28,287 nucleotides of DNA from positions 1-28,287 of the forward strand of contig JASHSD010000109.1 of NCBI GenBank assembly GCA_030036985.1, read 5' to 3'. The translations under genes and the position numbers were made by a program. Below are positions 15,536-25,166 of the stretch, piece by piece (the first letter of the stretch is position 1; the number at the start of each line of letters is the position of its first letter). The notes beneath the pieces are model-generated. The model had not been told where the DNA came from. It ran no database searches and saw only the letters and a program-made list of their open reading frames with translations. The DNA comes from Bryobacteraceae bacterium. Its GTDB lineage: Bacteria; Acidobacteriota; Terriglobia; Bryobacterales; Bryobacteraceae.

Positions 15536-16348
15536 ATGTTTCGAGGAGTTGTCGTTCTTTCTCTGATCGCGGGTGGTCTTGCGGTCGTAGCATATGTCAA
15601 CAACTGGGCTCCGTTCGCCGGAGAGACCCGATCGGTCGCCGCCCATTCCGGGAGCGCGCCCGCGGAGAAGTTTTCCGCGGACGCTCGACCAACCTCTGGT
15701 TCCCCGGGCGATTGCCGTGCTTACAGCGTATTTATTGATCCCACCACATCGACCCGGGACAGAGTAAATTACAAGCCGGAAATGGACAAGTTCATGAATC
15801 GGCTCCATTCATGCGACAGCGTCAGGGTTGGGCGCGTTGCGGACCGCACTTCAGATGAGGCTTGGGTGCTGCCATGGCAGGAGCTGCCTGTAGCCGATCC
15901 GAACGCCGGAGTCGTCGATGACACCGAGTTCAAGGTCAAATACCGAAAGGCGAAAAGCGCGATTACTCGGGCGGTGGACCGCCTGCTCGCGGAAGAATCG
16001 CCGGCGCTCTCGACAGATGTTCTGGGGCTTCTGCTGCGACTCTCGCCTGACCCCGGGCGAATCAATGTGCTCACGGTGCTTTCGGATGGCCTGGATACCA
16101 AGACCATCGAGAACGCATGTATAACGAAGCAGTCGATTCAGGGTCTGTTGGATAAGGCTACCGCTCGCCTCCAGCCCCGCGGGGGGCTGCTCGCTGGCTT
16201 CAGGGAGGTTTTCTGGGTAATGCCGACGAATGCAGGCCGCCAGAACTGCAATGCGCTACAGGAACAGCGCCTTTTTTGGCCGCCCATTCTGGAAGCCGAA
16301 GCTGCGCCGGGCAAACCGGGCATCCACTTCGACACGAACGTATTCTAA
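15536..16348 (+). CDS. Exported/membrane-anchored VWA-like (MIDAS) protein
   Basis: Start reassigned to ATG 15536 (GAGGGGGG RBS), 270 aa. N-terminal hydrophobic anchor and MIDAS-like VFIDPTTS...STDVLG...LTVLSDG. Four Cys could form disulfides. Confidence 0.7.
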   Translation: MFRGVVVLSLIAGGLAVVAYVNNWAPFAGETRSVAAHSGSAPAEKFSADARPTSGSPGDCRAYSVFIDPTTSTRDRVNYKPEMDKFMNRLHSCDSVRVGRVADRTSDEAWVLPWQELPVADPNAGVVDDTEFKVKYRKAKSAITRAVDRLLAEESPALSTDVLGLLLRLSPDPGRINVLTVLSDGLDTKTIENACITKQSIQGLLDKATARLQPRGGLLAGFREVFWVMPTNAGRQNCNALQEQRLFWPPILEAEAAPGKPGIHFDTNVF

Positions 16349-16358
16349 CGAGGCTGCC

Positions 16359-16898
16359 ATGAACGATAAGGAACTTTTTTTCAGTAAGACCGAGTCGCAT
16401 AAGCCGCAGGTCATAGAGATCGCGTCCGAAGCCGGTCTTCACGACCTCGACTCCGCGGCAGCGCGCGAAATGATTTCGAAATGGGTCATGGAGGACGCGA
16501 CTGCTGTGGGGCTCGAGCCTTTGTCCAGCGTGGGCGCCCTTAAGAACCGGTTGACCGCCCTCGAATCTCGCCAGGATCTCCATCGCCGACGGATCGCGCT
16601 GGCCCTCGGCCGGTTTGTGGGCACGGCGTCCAAGGCGGCGCACACCAGATCAGGCCGCATATTCGAGGGCGCGATGGATCTCGGTTCGATGGCGGCGAGA
16701 CCCACCTCGCTCGCGTTGCTCTTTCCGCGGGTCGCTTTCGTTCGGGGCGCTTTGGGGCGGGCTGAGAAAAAGGACGCTGAACGCCATCAGATTCGCGCAG
16801 TCGCTTCCGAGACCCTGCTCGCACTGTACGAACATTATCGGATTCGCGGCGCCGCTGCGGCGACGCCGGACGCCAAGATAAAGAAAGTGAGGACGTGA
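16359..16898 (+). CDS. Hypothetical helical protein
   Basis: ATG 16359 with GAGG RBS, 10 nt after the VWA stop; 179 aa, predicted helical; ends 6 nt before the next gene. Confidence 0.6.
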   Translation: MNDKELFFSKTESHKPQVIEIASEAGLHDLDSAAAREMISKWVMEDATAVGLEPLSSVGALKNRLTALESRQDLHRRRIALALGRFVGTASKAAHTRSGRIFEGAMDLGSMAARPTSLALLFPRVAFVRGALGRAEKKDAERHQIRAVASETLLALYEHYRIRGAAAATPDAKIKKVRT

Positions 16899-16904
16899 AC
16901 CACC

Positions 16905-18014
16905 ATGCAAGCCGAAACTCGCATTGAAGCGATGATTGAAACGATCGACAATCTGTCAACGGAAGAAAGCGTCAATCAGTGTATGCTCGGAATCTCCGCG
17001 GCGCTCGACTCAGTGCGCAGAGAAGCTCAGCGGCGCATCTCGTCGGCGTTGATTCGAGCTGCAAGCGATTTCCGCGTGTGCCTGGACGAATGGCAAGCCG
17101 CGCGGGCGGCCTGTGCGGGCATCGAGGCTTCAATGAAAGCCCTTGGCCCAGTCGGGGTCATCGTTGCGCTCGTTGCGCTCATCTATCTGGCCGCCGCATA
17201 TGCGGGGTTCAGGACAGAGGATATTCTGACAGCCTCTCTGGCGTACCTTCTCAATCTGAAAGCGAATGATTCTGCTGCGATCTGGCTCCGGATAGCGTTC
17301 GCGGCTAGCCTGCTGCTGTTTGAATTCCTCATCGTCCGCCTGCGTCTCCTTGACGATCCGTGGCCTTTGCTGCGGGATTCCACGCCGGAGGATGCGGCGC
17401 GGCGAGGCTACCGGGCGCGAGTCGCAGCCGGAGTCATCATCATTGCCGCCATGCTCGCAACCGGGGCACTGCAGCTGCAGTCTATCGTGAAGATGGCACC
17501 CACTCGCGAACAGGCAATGATCATGAAGAGGGATGCGGCGAATCCCGAGGCGCCACCTATCCCCGTCGACGAGAAAGTGGTGGGCGAAGCCGTGCTGTGG
17601 TTTTCCATCTGCGTGCTCTTCTCAAGCGGCTACCTCGCCGCGGCAGGCATACGCGACTTAAAGCGTTGCACAGCCGTGTTCTTCCTCCGGTTCCGTTCGC
17701 TGAAGGACTGCACGAAGCGGCTCGAAGCGAGTCGCGCAAAGCTGGACAATGTGGCTGCGCCGGCGCTGGCTGGGGAGTTGGCTTCGTGCGGCCTGCCGTA
17801 CGTCTGGCTCCTGGCACCCGAAGTCACCGAAATGAGGATCGAGGGGCTTTCAGGCGAAAAGATAACGGTTCCCGGTATCCTGGAGGCGGCCGAAAAGGAA
17901 AGTCAGGTTTATGAGGCTCACCAGCGGCACATACTCGAGGATGCAAGAGCGCGCCGGCGTTCCCCCAGATCCGCTCTGGAACGGGTTGACCTGACGCTTG
18001 GAGAAGAGGCCTAA
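16905..18014 (+). CDS. Four-TM membrane protein with flanking coiled coils
   Basis: 369 aa with four hydrophobic segments (VGVIVALVALIYLAAAYAGF; AAIWLRIAFAASLLLFEFLIV; VAAGVIIIAAMLATGAL; AVLWFSICVLFSSGYLAAAGI). Confidence 0.75.
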   Translation: MQAETRIEAMIETIDNLSTEESVNQCMLGISAALDSVRREAQRRISSALIRAASDFRVCLDEWQAARAACAGIEASMKALGPVGVIVALVALIYLAAAYAGFRTEDILTASLAYLLNLKANDSAAIWLRIAFAASLLLFEFLIVRLRLLDDPWPLLRDSTPEDAARRGYRARVAAGVIIIAAMLATGALQLQSIVKMAPTREQAMIMKRDAANPEAPPIPVDEKVVGEAVLWFSICVLFSSGYLAAAGIRDLKRCTAVFFLRFRSLKDCTKRLEASRAKLDNVAAPALAGELASCGLPYVWLLAPEVTEMRIEGLSGEKITVPGILEAAEKESQVYEAHQRHILEDARARRRSPRSALERVDLTLGEEA

Positions 18015-18581
18015 TGCGGGCTGAGCTGCGACCGTCAGTACGGGCCAGCCTGCGGGTCACTCAACCAGATAACAGTTTTATTCAGACGAAGAATGTGCTG
18101 GATGAGAGGAAACAACGGTCCGGCAGCACCGGGCGGATATCTGCGCAAATAGGCCGGCCCGGACCCCTCAATACGCCAGTCTCGACGTCGAGCAGAGCTT
18201 GCAAGTAGTTCGCGAGCAGTGCCGTCTCAAACCCCGCGCTCGCGTTGTCGACACAACAGATTACGACGTCAGCTTTCTTGATCGCGAGAACGATTGGATA
18301 TCGGGACCGGAGCCATCGGAGCCGTCACCACGCGCGGAGGGGCAGTCTGCCGGTGCGGCCACTGTAGAAATGACGGTCCTCGAAGCGAGGGTAGCGGTGG
18401 CCGGGCTGATTGCGGAAGAGACCTTGGAAGGTGATACAAAGTCCATCGCGGCGGACAGGGCCGTTAGACCCCCAATGGGATGTTCGAGACGAATGTTACC
18501 GTAGAGCTGTGTCTGTATCGCAATCACTCCTCGATTGCGGACAGGCAGTTAGTGCGCCCTGAGTTGTCGTCAACAGCAAGG

Positions 18582-19244
18582 TTAAATCGGACGCGGGCGG
18601 CCTGGCGTGCGCATGGCTTGGTCCCGATCCCACATTCCCCCTGCTAATGTCGTCAACGAACTCGGGAAGAGGAAGCCGAAGATCGCGCCACCCAGACTAG
18701 GCAACTGCCAAATCGCGGTCACGAGAAGGCCCATGGGAATGCCCACTATGAAAGGCAGGATCAACATAAGCTTCTCGCCCGCTCCGTCCCGTCGTGCGCC
18801 ACTCGTTAGCAACCGACCTATGCACAGGGCAATCGTCACGGACCCCGCCAGTCCGATCACTGCACACGATAAAAAAAAAGCCGTGCCGTACTCACGTGCG
18901 AAATGCTGCACCAGTTGCCTATCTCCAATCGCCACGGCGCACAGCACACCTGAATACGCCAACCAAATTATGGATCCGTTCGCCAAACAATGCCAGAGAA
19001 CGTTGATTCGGAGCGATGTCGCATTGTCCCGGACGCGAATCCCCATGCCAAGCCGCTGCCCAATCGCCAGTCCGACAAAACCCACCATTACCGAGACCCC
19101 GAGCGCCAAGGCACCAGATCGTCCGAGTTTCGCTAACTCGTCAAGTCGTTCGAACCTTAGATGCCAGTGGGCCTGCGCCGCGCGAAAAGCTGGCCAGCCG
19201 CAGCCGAAGAAGCCCACGGTGCCGAGGAAGCGGCAAATTCCCAT
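18582..19244 (-). CDS. Multi-pass membrane protein
   Basis: About six hydrophobic segments. Start uncertain: ORF is open to 19328; ATG 19244 was chosen to avoid a head-to-head overlap. Confidence 0.6.
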   Translation of the reverse strand: MGICRFLGTVGFFGCGWPAFRAAQAHWHLRFERLDELAKLGRSGALALGVSVMVGFVGLAIGQRLGMGIRVRDNATSLRINVLWHCLANGSIIWLAYSGVLCAVAIGDRQLVQHFAREYGTAFFLSCAVIGLAGSVTIALCIGRLLTSGARRDGAGEKLMLILPFIVGIPMGLLVTAIWQLPSLGGAIFGFLFPSSLTTLAGGMWDRDQAMRTPGRPRPI

Positions 19245-19298
19245 GCATAGAAACGGAGTGTCACCAGTCACTACGCCGCTCCGAAATCCGCTTGTGCC

Positions 19299-19847
19299 AT
19301 GCTTTTCAGTCGACCTATTGTGTATCATTACAACGATAAATTGTCACCTGTGAGACTGTCGGCTGCTGCTTCGAGGAACTTTCGCCCTAGCCCTCTGTCC
19401 ATCGTGCACTATTCGTTCGGAATCGGCTACGCCGCAGTGGGCGCTTTCTTGATTTGGCGTTCGCCTCATTTCAGCTGGCCTGCTGGCATTGGCGCCACTT
19501 CTTCGTTCACAGGGCTCTGGATGTTTCTGACGACGCGAAGCGTCCGCAGAAGCTGGTGCGTCATCACGCCAGAGAAAGTCTCCATCGTGGGCGTTCGCCA
19601 GCACTCCAATCTGCCGTGGAACGAGATGCTCGAAATCGTTATCCGCGAACGTGCGAGCGGAATAATCCCCGGTCGCGCAGATCGGCAGGTGGTATTCCGT
19701 CCCGTCGGCGGTCTGGACCACCCGTTCAATTGCTCCGTTCTTGCGGAGTCAGACGAGCGCGCGTTTCTGGATGAGATTCGGACGCATGCTCGGTGCGCAA
19801 TTCGCGTTGTGCGGGACGCCGCAGCGACGGCGAAACCGTGGAAGTGA
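19299..19847 (+). CDS. Two-TM protein with a bacterial PH-like C-terminal domain
   Basis: Two hydrophobic helices, then CVITPEKVSIVG..NLPWNEMLEIVI, a bPH-type pattern. The true start is probably downstream (e.g. GTG 19350). Confidence 0.55.
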   Translation: MLFSRPIVYHYNDKLSPVRLSAAASRNFRPSPLSIVHYSFGIGYAAVGAFLIWRSPHFSWPAGIGATSSFTGLWMFLTTRSVRRSWCVITPEKVSIVGVRQHSNLPWNEMLEIVIRERASGIIPGRADRQVVFRPVGGLDHPFNCSVLAESDERAFLDEIRTHARCAIRVVRDAAATAKPWK

Positions 19848-19856
19848 CGCGGAATC

Positions 19857-20498
19857 TTAGTCGGCGCGGCCGAAGAAGATCCGCCAAAGGACATGTAAGG
19901 TTCCGCTCAAAAACCCGGTTCCTGTTCGCATCCACGCCTTGGAGTCTTTTGCAAGGACCGCGGCGCCGTCTGGGTTGAACTCTCGTAGCGCATCAACCAA
20001 AATTGATTTGGCGGCAGAATCCCAGTGCGCGTAGATTCCAGTGGCGTGTGCGTACGGCGCTACGCTGACTTCGCGCGCCAAAATCCTCGCGCCGCGGGTG
20101 GCCAATTCCCGTGGGTTCCGCCGCAGATTCTCGAGATCGACGGTTGCAGGCAGGTGAATACTGATGGTCGTCGGCCGCAGATGGATCAGATGTTCCAGCG
20201 CCGTCATTATGAGCGGGACTGGATCAGGGCGCTCCCGGATATCGCGGAAAGCATAGACAAGGCAGTAGGCGAGATCCGGTCGATACGCCGCCGCGAGGTG
20301 GAAGGCGACATCGCCGTGGTCCTGCCACCGCGACGGCTTGTCAGCCATTCCGTAAAGGCTCCAAAGCCTTTTGGCCTCCTGAAAGAGGTCAAGGCCAGCT
20401 TGACGACACTGGTGGCCCCCCGCCCGTGGGATGAGTTCCCCCGCCTTTGCATTCGCTTTTGCCCACCGTGCGGAGTCAGACTGGTCTACTTCCGCCAT
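19857..20498 (-). CDS. Hypothetical alpha-helical (TPR-like) protein
   Basis: Start reassigned to ATG 20498 (MAEVDQ, AAGGA RBS), 213 aa. Helical pairs such as AGLDLFQEAKRLW..GDVAFHLAAAY. Confidence 0.55.
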   Translation of the reverse strand: MAEVDQSDSARWAKANAKAGELIPRAGGHQCRQAGLDLFQEAKRLWSLYGMADKPSRWQDHGDVAFHLAAAYRPDLAYCLVYAFRDIRERPDPVPLIMTALEHLIHLRPTTISIHLPATVDLENLRRNPRELATRGARILAREVSVAPYAHATGIYAHWDSAAKSILVDALREFNPDGAAVLAKDSKAWMRTGTGFLSGTLHVLWRIFFGRAD

Positions 20499-20962
20499 CG
20501 CGGATCCTTTCGCAAAACTTGGAGTTTGCTGTGTCCGCGCCGCGCACTTATTCTCGTCGTCGGCGTCGCTCCCAAAGCCAGTGGGATGGCCGTACAGAGC
20601 CGAGTCGATAGGGATCTGAGGGAGAGCGCGGTGCCGGCCGGATAAAGTGACGGTTCGCCCACGAACCAGGCACAGACTGCGCCAGCCAGCGCAGCCGCCG
20701 CTAGCGGCAGGGCCAAATGTAGGGTGGCCCGGTTCGGGGACTGGTCGGCAACGCGCAATGCCAAGTAGATCGTGCTGCCGAGCACCTCTCCAGCACCAAG
20801 CGTCAGCAGCAGGTGAACCAATAACGCTTTCCCAGGGTGAAGAAGGGCATACCAGGGATGCGCCACGAATAGCGGAAAATGAATCAATCCCGCAGCCATC
20901 CAAATAACCCCTCCATTCGCTAGATAAATGGCGTATCGCGCGCCTTCGTTCGGTCTAAACAC
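20486..20962 (-). CDS. Small multi-pass membrane protein
   Basis: 158 aa, GTG start overlapping the CHAT gene stop by 8 nt; three hydrophobic segments. Confidence 0.5.
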   Translation of the reverse strand: MFRPNEGARYAIYLANGGVIWMAAGLIHFPLFVAHPWYALLHPGKALLVHLLLTLGAGEVLGSTIYLALRVADQSPNRATLHLALPLAAAALAGAVCAWFVGEPSLYPAGTALSLRSLSTRLCTAIPLALGATPTTRISARRGHSKLQVLRKDPRWRK

Positions 20963-23900
20963 GGTAATTACCTTCGATTAGCTCGATGTCGCGCAACACG
21001 CCCTTCGACAGGGTCAGACACTCCTGGCATTGCGCCGGGGCCTTCCCCCGAGTGGCGCACCCCGGGCAAACCAACTCACCTTGGGGGCCATTTCGGATTT
21101 GCTGCTGCGCCATATCGAGAGCGCGAAGTGCCTCGGACTTGGCGGCAGTCGTATCATTCAGGGCAGCGTACGCGGAACCCATATTGCGATGTGGCATGGA
21201 ATAGTCGCCGCGCGCGATCGCTGTTCTCCCGGCGTCGACCGCAGCGACGAGCAGCGCCTGCGCCTCATGGCGCGGTGTTGCGGCGTCGATCGCCAGCAGG
21301 TAACGCCGGGCACAGAGTGTATTCCAGACTGGCGGCGACGTCGCGTCCAATTCAAGAGCCTCTTCCATTCGGGCAATACTCTCGCGCAGTTTGCCTGTCT
21401 GGCGGAACACCTCGGCCTCGAGGTTCAGGACATGGTGTTTCTGATCAGCGGTAAGAAGCAGTTCCTTAGCCAGAGTGAGCTCTCTTTGCGCATGCTTCCA
21501 ATCCTTTTCTCCAATCAGTTTGCCGGCCCAGAAGATCCGGTGCGGGGCGAGCTCAAAACTTGGATCGGCGGCAATCTTCTCCCAATGTGCAATGCCTTCG
21601 CTCGTGTCGCTATCCTCAGGGCTTGGGACCGTAGACAGGTCCCGCTGCTCAAGGGCAAAGCCCTTCCGCAACCAGGCAAGGTTCTCGTGCGGGTCGTTTC
21701 CCAAAGAGCATAAATTGCACATCGCCTTCCAGTAGCCTGGATCGAGTGTCAGCGCGCGATGGAAGCATTCGCGGGCCTCGGCAACGCGGGCGAGATCCAT
21801 ATAAGTGCAGCCCAGGGTATAGTGCGCGCGAGGACTGTTCAGGTCCATCTCAAGCGCCTGGCAGTCGTATTCGAGGGAGCGATCCGCCTGTCCCAAGAGG
21901 GTGTGGGCCTCACCTAGGCAGGCGAGCACGTGCCGGTTGGGGCCCCAACGGACGAGCGCATCCTCCAACATCCGCAGCACGTCCTCGTACCGCTTCTGCT
22001 CAAAGGCCGTCTTTGCCTGTGCGAGAAGATCCAACTGTTCTTGGGGGGAACTCTGAGCGCTCGACAGCACCAGAGGTCGCCATGAGAATCCGGATTCGGG
22101 TGCCGGAACAAACCTTTCTTCCGCAGCCTCGGCTGCCGTCCAGGCCGCTCCCCAAACCACGAATCCGGCCCAGTGCAGTGGATGGTTCGGATTGTGCTCC
22201 ATGGCTTCTTTGAACAGAGCGTTTCCCGGGACGCCGAGGCGCCGCTCGTATCCGGCGATATCACCTATGCTCAACCGGCGCACATGCGAGATGGCAGAGC
22301 CGAGCGCTTGCGCCACGGGTTCGCGGTCGGAGAGGAGGCGTTCGTAGAACCGCTCCATCAGGATCATCGGGCACTCCTGGAGGACCTCCCAAAGGGTAGC
22401 TACAACTACCGAACAGCCCAGCGCGAGGAACGCGGCAGGAAGGCCCGCGAACTCCCCCGCCGGATCGTGAGGCGCAACTCCGCTGCTGCACCCGTTTACA
22501 ATCACCGCTGTCCCACCGCGGACTGCGCCGCTTTGGAGCAAGGTCCGAGCATCCGTCTCACCGCCCGCCGTGTCCAGGTGGGAATACCATGGGTGGCGGT
22601 GGTCGCTGAAGGCGTGGCCGCTATAGTGCAGCCACAAGGTTTTGCGCAGCCCGTGAAGCACTGCCTCTTGCGTGGCGGCGCTTCTCGGTAGCCGCGTCAC
22701 CGCGACGCCGTGTCTCTCCGCGAGCTGTTGGACCGCGTCCACCTCGCGGGAGCTGCCGGGCATCTCACCGTCTGGATTGTCGACGAGAAGCATCTCCGAC
22801 GGTCGACCGACGGCGCGCCGAGATGCCTCCAGGAGGACGCCGCTGCTGGGGGCAAGCGAAACTAGAATCCCTTCCGGCACGCCGACATGCAACGGCAGGC
22901 GGCTCAACAGCCCCTCGGGTATCAGAGCAACGCGGGAGATGCCCATCCTCACGAGGGTCTCGGCGATCGAGCCGGCGCGTGAGGGCGAGCCGAAAATGTC
23001 TTCGCGAACCGAGCGGACCAGACCAGGCAGCGCGTTGATCCAGGCCTTGCGAGCGTTTCCCGGAAACGGGAGCTTCTTTTCCAAGGCATTCGCGAACGCG
23101 TTGTAAGCGGCTTCGTATGTCTTGACCGCCTTCGGCGGTTGAGATGAAGAAAACGATGACAGTAGCCAATAAATCGGGCGCGCGGCGGTACGACAGATCA
23201 GCATCACCGCAAGACCTCCCTCACAAAGGCTGAATTGCAGCACGGCAGTGCGATCGTCGGGAAGGCGGGCGAGGACGGTTTCAAGGGAAGGAGCGCCGCG
23301 CTGGATCAAGTCCGCCAGCTCCGGGCGTTCTGCGATGGCTTTGCTCACCGCACGCCTCCAGCCCTCCTCGGCCTTGCCCATCACGGCCCAGCCGCCGTGG
23401 GCCACATCAGGCGTTCTCCCAGCGGCTTCGGATTGGAGAAAAGCTCGTTTCTGCTCAGCTTGCGCCGCCTCGAGCTCGCGGCGCGTCTCGGGAGTGAGGT
23501 CGCGCATGGCGTCGGACGAGACGAGGATGTCAAGCAGGCCTCGGGCCTTGAACCGCTCCGAGAATTGAAAGGCACGGGCAAACCAATTGACAGCGTGCGA
23601 AGGGTCGTCGGTAGCCAGCCGAAGGCAGGATTCGACGAGACGTGGGAACAAGCGATGATATCGCCTGCGAAGGAGCGCGCGATCGGCAGGGCGCGAGAAT
23701 GGGAGGTCCCGGCGCTCGATGAGACCGATGATGAATTCGTAGTCCCGTTGGGCTTCCTCCCAGCGACCAAGATCCCAATACGCGTCTGCGCGGAGCGCCA
23801 GCACTTCCATGCTCTCGTCATAGTCGCCGTGCATCGGAAGCCCCCGAACCGCTTCGTCGATGCCCTCCATTGCTTGGTGAATCAGGATGTCGCGTTCCCC

Positions 23901-25145
23901 CGCGGAAGTGTCCTTATTGCGGCTGAGAAGAAAGAGCGCGCGGCTGCGCATGGCCTTGTCGACCAGAATCTGTTTACCTGGGGAGGACTTCTCCGCTTCC
24001 GCGAATTGCTCGGCAGCCGCTTTCCAGTCGCCCGACATAAAAGCGCACCGGGCCAAGGTGCCCAGCAGGTTCGCCCGCTGTGCATCAAAATGGTCTCGCG
24101 GAATGTTCGGATGAGGTCGGCCGAGCGTGTTCAGAGCCAGGTTGGCGAGGCGTCGGCACTCTAAGAGCGCTTCTTGTGCTTTCGGCGAGCTCGGAGTTAG
24201 TAAGGCCCAGCGCCGTTCGTGACACATAGCTTGATTCCCGAGGAAGCGCGCAACAAAAAATGGCTCGGTGAGGCGCTCATGGATCTCGATCGCGTCACCC
24301 AAGTGCTTCAGGGCGTAGTCGAGATCCTGTAAAGTGCCAAGCGCCCACTGGATGCGAGATAGCGCGACCAGAGCATTGGCCTCAGCCCGCTCGTCCCGCA
24401 GATTCCGGGAAAGCTTGATGGATTCCTCTAGCGCGGCTGCGGCGTCGGTGTGGCGGCCGGAGCGCTCGAGACACTCACCCATGTTCTGAAGCACTCGGTT
24501 GTACTGGTCCATGCGGCCGCATTCCTGCCACGCTTGCCCGGCCTCCTGATATAGCGGTATGGCAGCCTCGTACTCCCGTGCGAGCATTTTCTTCTGTGCG
24601 GCACCTTCGCTGACCCCGGCCGTCTCCAAGACCGCGGGAGGCATGCGGCTAGCGCCAACAGGAACCCGAAGCGCGAGTTGTTTTTGAAACTCGAGGCGGT
24701 CTTCGATCTCGAGCGCAGCCAGCGGCGCCACCAAGTGCTCTGCGGCGCGACCGATGAGAAGCAGATCCGGGGACAACGTCAGCAGTCGTCGAACTTGGTG
24801 ACAACGGGAAAACCCGGGTGGAACGCTCGAGCGCGAACCAAAGCGGGGAGGCGGCGGTGCGATCAGAAGCAGGAGCCCACGAACCGAGGGATACAGAGTC
24901 TGAGTGGCGGCAATCGCATCCCAGCGGACCAGCCCAATAACCGCATCGCGCCGGCGAAGCCGGACCTCGTCGTTGTCGTTCTCTAGGCGGAATCGCGATA
25001 AGTAGATGTTGCGCGCGCATGCCCAGACGACGTAAACGGCGACCACGGGCACTAGCCAGGTCCAGCCGCCGCCTGCGGCGCGGGAGGCCACCGCAACGGC
25101 GCCACCCAGCGTAAAAGCGGTGGCGAATCTGCGTTTCAGTTTCAT
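20955..25145 (-). CDS. Membrane-anchored TPR-CHAT (caspase-like cysteine protease)-TPR protein
   Basis: 1396 aa. N-terminal TM pair + PH-like segment, then TPR repeats, AFQFSERFKARGLLD pre-CHAT helix, and a CHAT domain with dyad H844 (LHYSGHA, 22614-22616) and C886 (VNGCSSG, 22488-22490). Also FLALGCSVVVATLWEV and HPLHWAGFVVWG, further TPRs, and a terminal CPGC..CQEC. Confidence 0.92.
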   Translation of the reverse strand: MKLKRRFATAFTLGGAVAVASRAAGGGWTWLVPVVAVYVVWACARNIYLSRFRLENDNDEVRLRRRDAVIGLVRWDAIAATQTLYPSVRGLLLLIAPPPPRFGSRSSVPPGFSRCHQVRRLLTLSPDLLLIGRAAEHLVAPLAALEIEDRLEFQKQLALRVPVGASRMPPAVLETAGVSEGAAQKKMLAREYEAAIPLYQEAGQAWQECGRMDQYNRVLQNMGECLERSGRHTDAAAALEESIKLSRNLRDERAEANALVALSRIQWALGTLQDLDYALKHLGDAIEIHERLTEPFFVARFLGNQAMCHERRWALLTPSSPKAQEALLECRRLANLALNTLGRPHPNIPRDHFDAQRANLLGTLARCAFMSGDWKAAAEQFAEAEKSSPGKQILVDKAMRSRALFLLSRNKDTSAGERDILIHQAMEGIDEAVRGLPMHGDYDESMEVLALRADAYWDLGRWEEAQRDYEFIIGLIERRDLPFSRPADRALLRRRYHRLFPRLVESCLRLATDDPSHAVNWFARAFQFSERFKARGLLDILVSSDAMRDLTPETRRELEAAQAEQKRAFLQSEAAGRTPDVAHGGWAVMGKAEEGWRRAVSKAIAERPELADLIQRGAPSLETVLARLPDDRTAVLQFSLCEGGLAVMLICRTAARPIYWLLSSFSSSQPPKAVKTYEAAYNAFANALEKKLPFPGNARKAWINALPGLVRSVREDIFGSPSRAGSIAETLVRMGISRVALIPEGLLSRLPLHVGVPEGILVSLAPSSGVLLEASRRAVGRPSEMLLVDNPDGEMPGSSREVDAVQQLAERHGVAVTRLPRSAATQEAVLHGLRKTLWLHYSGHAFSDHRHPWYSHLDTAGGETDARTLLQSGAVRGGTAVIVNGCSSGVAPHDPAGEFAGLPAAFLALGCSVVVATLWEVLQECPMILMERFYERLLSDREPVAQALGSAISHVRRLSIGDIAGYERRLGVPGNALFKEAMEHNPNHPLHWAGFVVWGAAWTAAEAAEERFVPAPESGFSWRPLVLSSAQSSPQEQLDLLAQAKTAFEQKRYEDVLRMLEDALVRWGPNRHVLACLGEAHTLLGQADRSLEYDCQALEMDLNSPRAHYTLGCTYMDLARVAEARECFHRALTLDPGYWKAMCNLCSLGNDPHENLAWLRKGFALEQRDLSTVPSPEDSDTSEGIAHWEKIAADPSFELAPHRIFWAGKLIGEKDWKHAQRELTLAKELLLTADQKHHVLNLEAEVFRQTGKLRESIARMEEALELDATSPPVWNTLCARRYLLAIDAATPRHEAQALLVAAVDAGRTAIARGDYSMPHRNMGSAYAALNDTTAAKSEALRALDMAQQQIRNGPQGELVCPGCATRGKAPAQCQECLTLSKGVLRDIELIEGNYRV

Positions 25146-25166
25146 CGATTCCTTTCTCCGACGATC

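Noticed and set aside
18014-18208. 64-aa ORF coupled by TAATG to the 4-TM gene
   Set aside because: Low-complexity Ser/Arg/Pro-rich translation with no motif; the overlap could be chance.
19857-20903. Single 348-aa ORF from the ORF track
   Set aside because: Its first ~135 codons overlap a more plausible membrane gene in another frame (20486-20962), and an internal ATG with an AAGGA RBS at 20498 gives a better start.
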